A stretch of DNA of 64,000 nt from Planctomycetota bacterium (GTDB lineage: Bacteria; Planctomycetota; UBA8742; UBA2392). Made by a program: the position numbers and the translations under genes. This document shows positions 38,260-47,406 of this stretch, one piece after another. Position 1 is the stretch's first letter. Each line of letters opens with the position of its first letter. The notes under the pieces are model-generated. The model was not told the origin of the DNA. It searched no databases and worked only from the letters and a program-made list of their open reading frames with translations. The stretch spans positions 18,311 through 82,310 of the forward strand of contig JAHBYA010000002.1 of assembly GCA_019636195.1 (NCBI GenBank), written 5' to 3'.

Positions 38260-38315
38260 AACCACAGAGGCCACAGAGAAACACCTCTAAGTAGTTCTCC
38301 GTGTCCTCTGTGGTT
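38260..38315. promoter_or_regulatory. 11-bp perfect inverted repeat AACCACAGAGG ... CCTCTGTGGTT (34-nt spacer) upstream of bioB
   Basis: Seen directly in the sequence, between the purD stop and the bioB start. It may be an operator or a terminator-like element. Confidence 0.35.
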
Positions 38316-38344
38316 AACCGCAGTTCCAAAGCCAAGGAGCAGCC

Positions 38345-39361
38345 ATGGCAGGTACCGCAACCTCAAACGCGCTAGAAATCGGCCACGGGCCGCTGACCAA
38401 CATTGCCGAGTACATCATTGACGGCGGTGCGCTGGATGACGCGACCGCGTTGCGGCTTTTGACCCTGCCCGACAGCCGCGTGTATGACCTGATGTACGCC
38501 GCGTACCTGGTCAAGCGGCACTTCCAGGGCGACAAGCTGCACCGTTGCAGCATCGTCAACGCGAAAAGCGGCGCGTGCGGCGAAAACTGCACCTTCTGCG
38601 CACAAAGCAGCTTTTACCAGAAAGACACCGGCGTACCGACCTACCCGATCATGAATGCCGACGCCATCCTGCGCGCCGCCGACGAAGCCGTTGAGTACGG
38701 CAGCACCAACTTCGGCATTGTCACGGCGGTCAAGGGCGTGCAGGAAGGCCCTATGCTGGACGCGATCCTTGAGGCGATACGCAAGATCCGCGCCCAGGGC
38801 CGCATCGCCCCCGACGCCAGCCTTGGCGTGGTCACGCGCCGCGTGCTGGAAAAGCTGAAAGACGCCGGCTTGCAGGTGTATCACCACAACCTGGAAAGCG
38901 CGCGCAGCTTTTACCCCAACATCTGCACCACCCGCGACTGGAGCGAAAACTTTGAAACCATCCAGCGCGCCAAGGAGGTCGGGCTTGAAGTGTGCTGCGG
39001 CGGCATCATCGGCATGGGCGAAAGCCCGCAGCAGCGCATTGAGCTGATGCAGCAGGTCGCGGCGCTGAAACCTGAACACATCCCGCTGAATTTCCTCGTC
39101 GCCGTCAAAGGCACGCCTCTGGCCGATGTAGCGCCCATGCGCCCCGTGGACTGCCTTAAATCCATCGCCGTGTTTCGCCTGACCAACCCCACCAGCGACC
39201 TGTTTGTCGCCGGCGGCCGCGTGCAGCAGTTGCGGCAGTTGCAGCCGTTCATCTTCATGGCCGGCGCCAACGGCATGATGGTCGGCAACTACCTGACGAC
39301 GCCCGGCCGCACCAAAGAAGACGACCTTGAACTGGTCGCCGACCTCGGCATGAACATTTAA
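38345..39361 (+). CDS. bioB: Biotin synthase (radical SAM)
   Basis: CGENCTFCAQ radical-SAM cluster motif, plus YHHNLESARSFYPNICTTRDW...VCCGGIIGMGE colinear with BioB. Confidence 0.8.
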   Translation: MAGTATSNALEIGHGPLTNIAEYIIDGGALDDATALRLLTLPDSRVYDLMYAAYLVKRHFQGDKLHRCSIVNAKSGACGENCTFCAQSSFYQKDTGVPTYPIMNADAILRAADEAVEYGSTNFGIVTAVKGVQEGPMLDAILEAIRKIRAQGRIAPDASLGVVTRRVLEKLKDAGLQVYHHNLESARSFYPNICTTRDWSENFETIQRAKEVGLEVCCGGIIGMGESPQQRIELMQQVAALKPEHIPLNFLVAVKGTPLADVAPMRPVDCLKSIAVFRLTNPTSDLFVAGGRVQQLRQLQPFIFMAGANGMMVGNYLTTPGRTKEDDLELVADLGMNI

Positions 39362-39371
39362 TCCTGCGTAC

Positions 39372-40073
39372 GTGGGTCCAATGAACGCAGTCTGCGCTTG
39401 GATTGCCGGGGCAAGCGGGCTGGTGGGCAACGAGCTGCTGCACCTGCTGCTGGATGACGCGCGCGTGGCGCAAGTTGTTTCGCTGGGCCGGCGCGAGTTC
39501 AAGTTCACGCACGGCAAAATGCTTCAGCGCATCGTTGACTTTGCCGCGCTGCCAGCCGGCCTGCCCGCGCCTGACGTCGCATTCTGCGCACTTGGCACCA
39601 CCATCAAGAGCGCGGGTTCGCGCGAGGCATTCCGCAGGGTGGATCACGACTACATCGTTGCATTCGCCAGTGCGGCGCTTGCGGCAGGTGCGACCCGCTT
39701 CGCCATGGTCAGCTCCATCGGCGCTGACTGCGAGTCAGGCAACTTCTACCTGCGCACCAAAGGCGAAGCGGAACATGCCATCAGCATGCTGCCCTTTGCG
39801 GCTGTACACATCGCGCGGCCCAGCATGCTGCTGGGCAAGCGCCGTGAGTTCCGGCTTGGCGAGCGGATTGCAACACCGCTGTTCTATCTGGCGTGGCCGC
39901 TGCTGCTGGGCCCCCTGCGCAAGTACCGCGCAATCCACGCGCGGCAAGTGGCCAAAGCCATGCTTGAGTGCGCGCTGGGGCCGACGCAGGGTGTGCACAT
40001 CCACGAGAGCGACGAACTTGCCCGAATGGGTCGCACCACGGCTCGGCGCATTGGTACAAACTCACCAACCTGA
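39372..40073 (+). CDS. NAD(P)H-binding oxidoreductase (atypical SDR / NmrA-like)
   Basis: N-terminal Rossmann GASGLVGNELL, about 230 aa. The longer overlapping ORF 39403..40848 in another frame is spurious over this span. Confidence 0.6.
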   Translation: MGPMNAVCAWIAGASGLVGNELLHLLLDDARVAQVVSLGRREFKFTHGKMLQRIVDFAALPAGLPAPDVAFCALGTTIKSAGSREAFRRVDHDYIVAFASAALAAGATRFAMVSSIGADCESGNFYLRTKGEAEHAISMLPFAAVHIARPSMLLGKRREFRLGERIATPLFYLAWPLLLGPLRKYRAIHARQVAKAMLECALGPTQGVHIHESDELARMGRTTARRIGTNSPT

Positions 40074-40113
40074 TGTAATCGCCGCCGCGGGCGCGCCAGT
40101 CTATACTCGCGGC

Positions 40114-40848
40114 ATGCGCTTCTCGGTGAGATCACGCAGGACCCTTACCACAGGCCAGTCGGCGATTGCGTTGCCGCTGATCGGGCTGGTGCTGCTGATT
40201 GTCGCCTTTGTAGTTCACAGCCAGGTCAGCGACGATCCCAGGCTTGGGCGTGAGGAAGTGCCGGCGCAGGTGATCGGCACGGACAAGGAAACGCGGCGAA
40301 CCGGCGACAGCAGGAGCACGTACTACTACTTGATGGTGCAGTGTGAGCCTCCGGGCTACACGCAGTCACAACGCAGAGTTGAGGTCTCGGGCGGCACCCA
40401 TGACCGCTTTGCCGCTGCCAGTGAGTTGAGCCCGGCAGCAACCACGGTGTACTTTCTGCCGGCCGACGGAAGCTGGCTTGAAGTCAATGAAATCGAGCAT
40501 CGGCAGTTTTCGGGCTCCGTGGTGATGTGGAGTTTCGGGCTTGTCGGCGTGCTCATGATCGGGCTGGGCGTAGTGTCGGCTCGCAAGTGGATGCGCGGCG
40601 AAGCGGAACACACGAGTCGCCGCCGCGATGAGCCTGTGCCGCCCGAAGCGCTGGCTTTCATGCAGGCAATCGGCGTACCAACCCAAGGGCTGGCACAGCA
40701 TGTCCCGGAACAGCCCAAGCCGTATGCAGCCCCGCCACAGGACCGCCCGCCGTGGGAGGGGGGCCGCTCACAGCCTGCACAACCCGAGCCTCACAATGAT
40801 CCTGACAACGTCCTGTACGACGCGAACCGTCCGCCGCCGGCAAACTAA
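40114..40848 (+). CDS. Hypothetical membrane protein (two TM helices flanking a soluble domain, DUF3592-like topology)
   Basis: Start at MRFSVRSRR, with TM helices IALPLIGLVLLIVAFVV and VVMWSFGLVGVLMIGLGVV and a Pro-rich C-terminus. Confidence 0.4.
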   Translation: MRFSVRSRRTLTTGQSAIALPLIGLVLLIVAFVVHSQVSDDPRLGREEVPAQVIGTDKETRRTGDSRSTYYYLMVQCEPPGYTQSQRRVEVSGGTHDRFAAASELSPAATTVYFLPADGSWLEVNEIEHRQFSGSVVMWSFGLVGVLMIGLGVVSARKWMRGEAEHTSRRRDEPVPPEALAFMQAIGVPTQGLAQHVPEQPKPYAAPPQDRPPWEGGRSQPAQPEPHNDPDNVLYDANRPPPAN

Positions 40849-42662
40849 CCGCGCACCCAGCGGAAGCCTTGGGGCGTGTCCTCAAGCTGCACGCCGCGCT
40901 TCTTCAGGTCGTCGCGGATCGCGTCGCCGGTCGCGAAGTCTTTGGCTTTGCGGGCGTTCTGGCGTATTGCGACAAACAGCTCGATCATCGCGCCGTCCAT
41001 CTGTTCCACGGGCGCAAGTTCGTCAAAGGCGGGAAGCTGGCCGGCCTCAATGCGCTCCCATAGCTGCTCGCGGTCCGGCGCTTCCGCCCAGTGCTTCAAG
41101 TGCGCGGCCTTGGAGCGCAGGGACTCGGGTTCAAGCCATGACTGTACCTGCTCGCGCGTGATCAAGCCGCTGCGTGCCGTGGTGTCCAGCACGTCCAGCA
41201 CGTCGTTGAAGCTTTCCATCATGCGCAGGGCTTCGCGGGCTTCGGCCAGGCCGAGCTCCATCTGGTTCAGCTCCCCCACGGCCTTGAACACGGCGGCCAG
41301 CGCGTTGGGCGTGTTCAGGTTGTCGTTCAGGGCGTCGTCAAAGTCGCGCAGGGCGCCCTCGACCAGCGTCAACACGCGGTCGCTCGCGACTTCGCTGCTG
41401 TCGCCTGTGTCCCCCACCGCCTCGCGCAGCTTGTCGTAGCGGATTTGCAGGCGCTCAACACTGGCGCGGGCTTGCGCAAGCGACTCCATGGAAAAGTTCA
41501 TGGGCTGCGTGTACTGGTTGGCAATCAGCGCGTAGCGCAGCACGTTTGCGGGCACGCGGCCGCCGGCAAAGCCGGCGGCTTCAAGGTCGCGGGCCAGATC
41601 GGCGCGGCCTTCGGCGACGGGGTTGAAAAGATCGCGTGCGGTAAAGAACGTGCCGTCGCGCTTGCTCATTTTGCGGTTGTTGACCAGCAGAAAGCGTCCG
41701 TGCACCCAGTAGCGCGCGAAGGTGTTGCGCGGTGCGCCTTCGTCGGGCGCGCCGTGGGGGCCGGGCACGTGCGTGTGATATGCCCCGTAGCTTTGGGCGA
41801 TTTCGCACTCGTGGTGCGGAAAGATGTTGTCTTCGCCGCCGGTGTGAATGTCGATTACGGGCCCCAGCCGCGCGCGCGACATGGCGCTGCATTCAATGTG
41901 CCAGCCGGGAAAGCCCGGCTTGATGCGCGCATCCACGCCGTCGGGGCACAGTTGCACAAAGCGGCGCCAGTCGTCGGGTTCCCAGCCGACGTTGCTGTGG
42001 GGGTCCCACTGCATCAGGTGCTTGGCATCAACTTTCCAGAGGGCGAAGTCGCGGGGGTCGCGCTTTTCGTCTCGCACTTCAACTCGCGCGCCGGCTTCCA
42101 GGTCGTCGATGACTTTGCCGCTCAGCTTGCCGTATTCGGGGAACTTCGCGACTTCAAAGTACACCTCGCCGCTGGGCACGACATAGGCAAAGCCGCCGGC
42201 GATAAGCCTCTGGATCGCGGCCAGCATCTCGGCGATATGGGCGGTTGCCCGCGGGTGCAGCGTTTCGTCGCCGGCTTCGCCGCCCTGGTAGATTTTCAGC
42301 TTCAGGGCGCGGGCGTCGGCCACAAAGGCGTCTTCAAAGTGCCGGGCCACGCGGAACGGGTCGGTGCCAAGCTCGCGAGCGGCCTTGGCAAGCTTGTCTT
42401 CGCCGGTGGCGTCGGCCACGTGATCTTCGGTCATGTGTCCAACGTCGGTGATGTTCATGACGTGGCGGACTTCGTAGCCGTTGCGCTCAAGCACGCGGCG
42501 CAGCACGTCGGCCATGAGAAAGCTGCGAAAGTTGCCGATGTGGGCGTAGCTGTAAACGGTGGGCCCGCATGAATACATGGTCACGCACTCGCCACGCGGG
42601 TCCAGCGGCTGGAAGACCTCCAGCGCCCTGGTGTAGGAGTTTTTTAGCTTCAGTACGGACAT
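40845..42662 (-). CDS. cysS: Cysteine--tRNA ligase
   Basis: MYSCGPTVYSYAHIGN (HIGH region) and KMSKRDG (KMSKS motif). Confidence 0.9.
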   Translation of the reverse strand: MSVLKLKNSYTRALEVFQPLDPRGECVTMYSCGPTVYSYAHIGNFRSFLMADVLRRVLERNGYEVRHVMNITDVGHMTEDHVADATGEDKLAKAARELGTDPFRVARHFEDAFVADARALKLKIYQGGEAGDETLHPRATAHIAEMLAAIQRLIAGGFAYVVPSGEVYFEVAKFPEYGKLSGKVIDDLEAGARVEVRDEKRDPRDFALWKVDAKHLMQWDPHSNVGWEPDDWRRFVQLCPDGVDARIKPGFPGWHIECSAMSRARLGPVIDIHTGGEDNIFPHHECEIAQSYGAYHTHVPGPHGAPDEGAPRNTFARYWVHGRFLLVNNRKMSKRDGTFFTARDLFNPVAEGRADLARDLEAAGFAGGRVPANVLRYALIANQYTQPMNFSMESLAQARASVERLQIRYDKLREAVGDTGDSSEVASDRVLTLVEGALRDFDDALNDNLNTPNALAAVFKAVGELNQMELGLAEAREALRMMESFNDVLDVLDTTARSGLITREQVQSWLEPESLRSKAAHLKHWAEAPDREQLWERIEAGQLPAFDELAPVEQMDGAMIELFVAIRQNARKAKDFATGDAIRDDLKKRGVQLEDTPQGFRWVRG

Positions 42663-42664
42663 GT

Positions 42665-43138
42665 TCAGCTATGCCTGAGCAGCACCACCGCCTGCGTGGC
42701 GATCGCCTCTTTGCGGCCCACGGCATCCAAGCCCTCGTTCGTCTTGGCCTTTACATTGACGCGGCGCGTCTCAATCTCCAGCAGGCCGGCGATGCGCGCC
42801 TCCATCTGGCTCTTGTACGGCTTGAGTTTAGGCGCTTGCGCGATGATGTTGCAGTCAATGTTCTCGATTTCGAAGCCGCGGCGCTTGACCTGTTCAAAGG
42901 CCGCCTTCAGCAGCACGGCGCTGTCGGCATCTTTGTAATTGGGGTCGGTATCGGGAAAGTGGTCGCCGATGTCGCCCATGCCGGCCGCGCCCAGCAGCGC
43001 GTCAGTAATCGCGTGCAGCAGGCCATCGCCGTCGCTGTGGCCCTTGAGGCCCTTGTCGTTGGGTATGTGCAGCCCGCCCAGCATCAGTTTGCGGCCGGGC
43101 TCAAGCAGGTGGATGTCATAGCCGATGCCGATTCGCAT
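42665..43138 (-). CDS. ispF: 2-C-methyl-D-erythritol 2,4-cyclodiphosphate synthase
   Basis: MRIGIGYDIH...GHSDGDGLLHAITDALLGA, 157 aa, upstream of cysS. Confidence 0.9.
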   Translation of the reverse strand: MRIGIGYDIHLLEPGRKLMLGGLHIPNDKGLKGHSDGDGLLHAITDALLGAAGMGDIGDHFPDTDPNYKDADSAVLLKAAFEQVKRRGFEIENIDCNIIAQAPKLKPYKSQMEARIAGLLEIETRRVNVKAKTNEGLDAVGRKEAIATQAVVLLRHS

Positions 43139-43212
43139 GCTGCGAGTTTGCCAACGGGGTTAACAAAGGGAAGCGCCGGGGGGCTGTCCCAATTTGGCGC
43201 AGTTTCGCTACG

Positions 43213-43947
43213 ATGGGCGCGGAGACTGACATGACAGAACTTTCGACATTCGGCGACGGCACCAGCGATTACGAAAAGTACATCCGCACCCAACAACTCT
43301 ACGCACTTCAAAAGGCGCCCACGGAATGGGTCAACGAGGAAGAGTTGCTGTTTCAGGTGATTCACCAGTCCATGGAGCTGTGGCTCAAGGTCTGCATCCA
43401 GCACCTTGAGCAATGTATCACCTGGATAAACGACGAAAGTCTGCACGAAGCCACCCGCTTTTTGACGCGCACCAGCGAAATCCTGACTTGGCTGGCTGAG
43501 GGCCTCAAGTTTCCGCGCAGCATGGCGCCGTGGGATTACCACAAGATCCGCATGGGCTTGGGCAAGGGCAGCGGCCAGGAAAGCCCCACATACCAGCGCA
43601 TCCACAAGGTCGTACCGCGCGTGCTTGCGGCATTCAACGCGCTGCTGGCCAAGCGCGGCCTTACCGTCGATGAACTGCACCAGGAACGTGCCAAGCACCA
43701 GCCGCTCTATGACCTGATGTGGGCCATGGCCCAATTCGACCAGGAGCTGCTGGCCTGGAAGTTCCGGCATTACCACGTTGTACGGCGCATCATCGGCGAC
43801 GCCGTGATGAGCCTGAAAGGCATACCAGCCAAGTCACTTGAAAAGACAACCATGGAACCTGCATTCCCTGACCTCTGGGATGTCATCAATCGCACCACGA
43901 ACACCTATAACGCGAGATACCGCCCGCAGGGCGGGGCCTATCAATAG
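43213..43947 (+). CDS. kynA: Tryptophan 2,3-dioxygenase family protein
   Basis: YEKYIRTQQLYALQ...LLFQVIHQSMELWLK and GKGSGQESPTYQRI match the TDO signature GSGFQS.QYR. Confidence 0.75.
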   Translation: MGAETDMTELSTFGDGTSDYEKYIRTQQLYALQKAPTEWVNEEELLFQVIHQSMELWLKVCIQHLEQCITWINDESLHEATRFLTRTSEILTWLAEGLKFPRSMAPWDYHKIRMGLGKGSGQESPTYQRIHKVVPRVLAAFNALLAKRGLTVDELHQERAKHQPLYDLMWAMAQFDQELLAWKFRHYHVVRRIIGDAVMSLKGIPAKSLEKTTMEPAFPDLWDVINRTTNTYNARYRPQGGAYQ

Positions 43948-43956
43948 GGGTGCGCC

Positions 43957-44184
43957 ATGTCGAAGAAGCTTGGCTTGATCGTGCTGCTGTTGGGAGTTGC
44001 ATTGACACTCGCAACATCACTGGATGCCTTCAACATGAGCCATGTGGGCTCTCCCGCTCCGGGTTTGGGCGGCGAAGGCGCGCTGGGCAAATGGACTTTC
44101 ATGCGCCTGGCTTTCCTCGCGGCGGGCCTGGTGCTGGCGATCTGGGGCGCGTACGGAATTGCCAAGAAGCCAAAAAAGGCGTGA
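43957..44184 (+). CDS. Small membrane protein (2 TM, Lys-rich tail), paralog 1
   Basis: 75 aa with two hydrophobic helices and a KKPKKA tail. It is a tandem paralog of the next gene. Confidence 0.45.
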   Translation: MSKKLGLIVLLLGVALTLATSLDAFNMSHVGSPAPGLGGEGALGKWTFMRLAFLAAGLVLAIWGAYGIAKKPKKA

Positions 44185-44205
44185 CCTGTTGAGGCGCAAC
44201 CGGGA

Positions 44206-44436
44206 GTGAACATGCCAAAGAATTCCGCACTGATCGTGCTCGTGATCGGCGTTGCAATCATTGTTGCCGCGCTGGTCGATGTTTTCGGCATGAGCGCGGG
44301 CTTTAACCTCAAGATCGGTGACGTGTTTGAGGCATCCGAGTGGCCCACCGAACGCATCGTGCTGCTGGGCGTCGGCGTACTGCTGGCGCTGTGGGCCGCC
44401 TACAGCCTTGGCATGAAGGGCAAGCGCAAACGCTAG
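44206..44436 (+). CDS. Small membrane protein (2 TM, Lys/Arg-rich tail), paralog 2
   Basis: 76 aa with the same topology as its neighbour and a GKRKR tail. Confidence 0.45.
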   Translation: MNMPKNSALIVLVIGVAIIVAALVDVFGMSAGFNLKIGDVFEASEWPTERIVLLGVGVLLALWAAYSLGMKGKRKR

Positions 44437-44443
44437 GAACCCA

Positions 44444-45601
44444 ATGACCAACGACCCGCTGCTGAAGTGGCGCGAAGAGTTTCCCATCCTTTCGCGCAAG
44501 ACCTACCTGATCAACAACTCGCTCGGCGCCATGCCCCGCAAGGTCTATGAAGGCCTCAAGCACTTCGCTGACATGTGGAACGAAGACGGAGTCGTTGCCT
44601 GGCACTATGAAGACGGCACGGGCTGGCTGGATGATTGCGAAAAGACCGCCGACCTGATCGGCAGCGTGATGGGCGCGCCGCCGCGCAGCGTGATGCTGCA
44701 CCTGAACGTGGCGACGTTGACGGCGCAGGTGCTTTCCAGCATTGACTTTTCCGGCAAGCGCAATCGCATCGTTTACGACGACATGCAGTTCACCAGTCCC
44801 CACTACGTTTGCCAGCAGTGGGCGCGCTACGGGGCCGAACTGCACCTTGTGAAGTCCCACGACCGCATCGGCGTCGATGTTCAGCAGCTTCTCGACGCCA
44901 TTGACGAACGCACTGCCATCGTGCCGATCAGTCACGTCTATTTCCGCAGCGCGTACTTGCAGGACGTGCAGCCGATCATCGACAAGGCCCACAAGGTCGG
45001 TGCGAAAGTGCTGCTGGATGTTTACCAGTCCATCGGCACAGTGCCCTTTGACGTCACACAGCTCAATGTTGACTTCGCGGTCGGCGGCAGTGTCAAGTGG
45101 GTCTGCGGCGGACCCAACGTCTGCTACCTGTACATCCGGCCTGACCTGATCCCCACCTACCAGCCGGCACTGACAGGCTGGATCAGCCACGCGCGCCCCT
45201 TCAAATTCGAGATGGACTTCACGCCGCACAAGACGGCATGGCGTGCAGCCACCGGCACACCGCCCGTGGTCGCGCTGTACTCGGCCAGGCCGGGCTACGA
45301 CATCATCAAGCAGGTAGGTTTGCCAGCAATTCGCGAGAAAAGCGTGCGCCTGACCAGCCACCTGGTCGAGAAGGCCCTGGAGGCGGGATTTACGGTAAAC
45401 AGCCCGCGCGACCCCGCCCGTCGCGGCGGCACGGTTTGCATCGACTTCGCCAACGCCGAGGAAGCGCACAACGAGTTGATCCGGCGCGGCTTTGTCATTG
45501 ACTACCGCCCCGGCGGCGGCATTCGTGTAAGCCCCCACTTCTACAACACGATCGACGAGTGCAACGCCATCATCGCACAGATGAAAGAGCTGCGAAGGTA
45601 G
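44444..45601 (+). CDS. kynU: Kynureninase-like PLP-dependent enzyme (aminotransferase class V fold)
   Basis: FPILSRKTYLINNSLGAMP, DFAVGGSVKWVCGGPNV (PLP-lysine region). Sits next to the TDO gene. Confidence 0.65.
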   Translation: MTNDPLLKWREEFPILSRKTYLINNSLGAMPRKVYEGLKHFADMWNEDGVVAWHYEDGTGWLDDCEKTADLIGSVMGAPPRSVMLHLNVATLTAQVLSSIDFSGKRNRIVYDDMQFTSPHYVCQQWARYGAELHLVKSHDRIGVDVQQLLDAIDERTAIVPISHVYFRSAYLQDVQPIIDKAHKVGAKVLLDVYQSIGTVPFDVTQLNVDFAVGGSVKWVCGGPNVCYLYIRPDLIPTYQPALTGWISHARPFKFEMDFTPHKTAWRAATGTPPVVALYSARPGYDIIKQVGLPAIREKSVRLTSHLVEKALEAGFTVNSPRDPARRGGTVCIDFANAEEAHNELIRRGFVIDYRPGGGIRVSPHFYNTIDECNAIIAQMKELRR

Positions 45602-45702
45602 TCACGGATTTCCGGAATTCGCTGAACCTTTGGCCCGGCCCCCCCGTTTGCATTTCTGAACTCGGGAATTACGGCTGGGCAAGCTGAATATCCGGAGTCG
45701 TC

Positions 45703-46881
45703 ATGCGCCTTCTGTCCGTGGCTGCCGCCTGTGTTGTGGCAGCATCTCTTTCCGCTCAAGCCAACCAACCGACCTCACCTACTGCCGCTGAGCAGTTGTT
45801 CATGTACGAGGTCAACCGCGCCCGCGCCAACCCGCAAGGCTACGACACCGAAAAGGGCCTTGGCGGGGTGTGCAACGGCATAACACCTGCGCATCCGCTG
45901 GCGTTGAATGAACGACTGGTGACGTCATCGCGCTTTCACAGCGCTGAGATGGCCCAGCACGGCTATTTCGCGCATACCAGCCCGATCACCGGCCATCAGC
46001 CCAACAAGATGGCGCGCAATGCCGGCTATCCGTTGAAGTCGAGCTACCCCGATGCGGCCAACTACATCGAGTCGCTGGCGGGCATCTTCGGCAGCAGCAG
46101 CAGCATCAGCTATGAGGCCACGGCGGCTGTGCGCGCGCTGATCCTGGACGCTGGCGTCAACCCGCCCGGCCACCGCTATCACCTGCTGTCATGGGGCGGG
46201 TCGCAGGCGCAGATCGACACCGCGCGCCTGAACCGCGAGTGCGGCGCGGGCTACGCCACCGGCATTGGCGCCAACGGCTATGCTGCCGGCGCGTACTGGG
46301 CGTTTCACACCGGCGTGCGCGACACCAGCGTCACGTTCATTGCAGGCGTTGTGTACAATGACGCCAACGACAACGGCCGCTTTGACAACGGCGAAGCGCT
46401 GCCCGGGGTAACCGTCAAGCTGATCAACTGGAACACGCAGCAGCAGGTCGGCACCTTCACCACCGGCGCGGGCGGCGCCTACACGCACCAGGCCGGCAAC
46501 GGCACCTGGGTGCTGGAGGTCAGCGGCGGCAGCTTCAGCGGCACGCGCTGGGCCAAGATCACCGTAAGCGGCCAGAACGTGCAGGTTGATTTCCGCAGCA
46601 ACAGCAACAACGCCGACATCAACTTTGGCTCATGGGGTCAGCTCCCGGGCAGCGCCTCGGTCGATGGTTCAACCATGCCCGCCCCCCCGCCCACAAGCGG
46701 CGGTGGCGGTGGTGGCACGGGCGGCGGAGGCAGCGGCGGCACCGGCGGCGGTGGCGGCTCCGGCCCCGTTGAATACGGCGGCAGCAACAGCTGTGTAGCC
46801 GGCCACGGGACGCACTGGGCCCTGCTGGCGATGGCCCTGCTGGCCATGGCCGCGGTCAGCCTGCGTCGCACCCGCGCGTAA
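45703..46881 (+). CDS. Secreted CAP/SCP (PR-1-like) domain protein with beta-sandwich domain, poly-Gly linker and Cys-containing C-terminal sorting signal
   Basis: Signal peptide MRLLSVAAACVVAASLSAQA. CAP motifs YEVNRARAN...HSAEMAQHGYFAHTSP. C-terminus ...GGGGSGPVEYGGSNSCVAGHGTHWALLAMALLAMAAVSLRRTRA. Confidence 0.6.
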   Translation: MRLLSVAAACVVAASLSAQANQPTSPTAAEQLFMYEVNRARANPQGYDTEKGLGGVCNGITPAHPLALNERLVTSSRFHSAEMAQHGYFAHTSPITGHQPNKMARNAGYPLKSSYPDAANYIESLAGIFGSSSSISYEATAAVRALILDAGVNPPGHRYHLLSWGGSQAQIDTARLNRECGAGYATGIGANGYAAGAYWAFHTGVRDTSVTFIAGVVYNDANDNGRFDNGEALPGVTVKLINWNTQQQVGTFTTGAGGAYTHQAGNGTWVLEVSGGSFSGTRWAKITVSGQNVQVDFRSNSNNADINFGSWGQLPGSASVDGSTMPAPPPTSGGGGGGTGGGGSGGTGGGGGSGPVEYGGSNSCVAGHGTHWALLAMALLAMAAVSLRRTRA

Positions 46882-46904
46882 GAGAAGTGCATGTGCTGGG
46901 AAAC

Positions 46905-46936
46905 GGCGGCCGCAGCAGCGGCCGCCGCAGTTTTTT
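46905..46936 (+). terminator. Rho-independent terminator (GGCGGCCGC-AGCA-GCGGCCGCC followed by TTTTTT)
   Basis: Perfect 9-bp GC stem plus a T6 tract, 24 nt downstream of the CAP-protein stop. Confidence 0.65.
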
Positions 46937-46965
46937 CAGCGCGCGAGGGTTGCTACAATGAACGC

Positions 46966-47406
46966 ATGAAATCCACCTTCGCTACCGAGATGTTTGTCAA
47001 GCTGTTTGGCGCCATGCCAAGACCGCGTGAGCCACAACACAGGCCGGAGCCGCCAACCTCGGCCATCATGGTGCCGGACCGACCGGCGCCCAGCGGCGGC
47101 AAAGTCATTTACCACGTCGTCCCGCGCCGCAAGGACGACGGCTGGAACGTGAAGAAAGAGGGCGCCAGCAAGCCCTCAAGCGTCTGCGACACCAAAGATC
47201 AGGCAATTGAGGCCGCGCGCGGGTTTGCACAGAACCTTCCGTGGTCCCAAGTTGTCATTCACAACAAGGACGGCAAAATCGCCCAGGAGTTCAGCTACGG
47301 CACGCCGCCGGAAGGCCACACCGACAAGCCCGCCAAGCCGGTCGGGGACTGGTCCCGCGACCCCGAAGACGAAACCGAGGCCGATCCCGGCATCCAGGAC
47401 TCATGA
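46966..47406 (+). CDS. DUF2188 family protein
   Basis: Start at MKSTF, with WNVKKEGASKPSSVCDTKDQAIEAARGFAQN...VIHNKDGKIAQEFSYG typical of DUF2188. A TACAAT box lies 6 nt upstream of the ATG. Confidence 0.55.
   Translation: MKSTFATEMFVKLFGAMPRPREPQHRPEPPTSAIMVPDRPAPSGGKVIYHVVPRRKDDGWNVKKEGASKPSSVCDTKDQAIEAARGFAQNLPWSQVVIHNKDGKIAQEFSYGTPPEGHTDKPAKPVGDWSRDPEDETEADPGIQDS

Noticed and set aside
36160-38274. 704-aa minus-strand ORF spanning the HK and purD
   Set aside because: Antisense shadow. Both plus-strand genes have unambiguous signatures.
39403-40113. 5' part of the 481-aa ORF 39403..40848
   Set aside because: It overlaps the NAD-binding gene in another frame and is Ala/Arg/Pro-rich junk. 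Only the 3' part from ATG 40114 (membrane protein) is kept.
41445-42572. 375-aa + strand ORF opposite cysS
   Set aside because: Antisense shadow of cysS.
44309-45538. 409-aa minus-strand ORF opposite kynU
   Set aside because: Antisense shadow.
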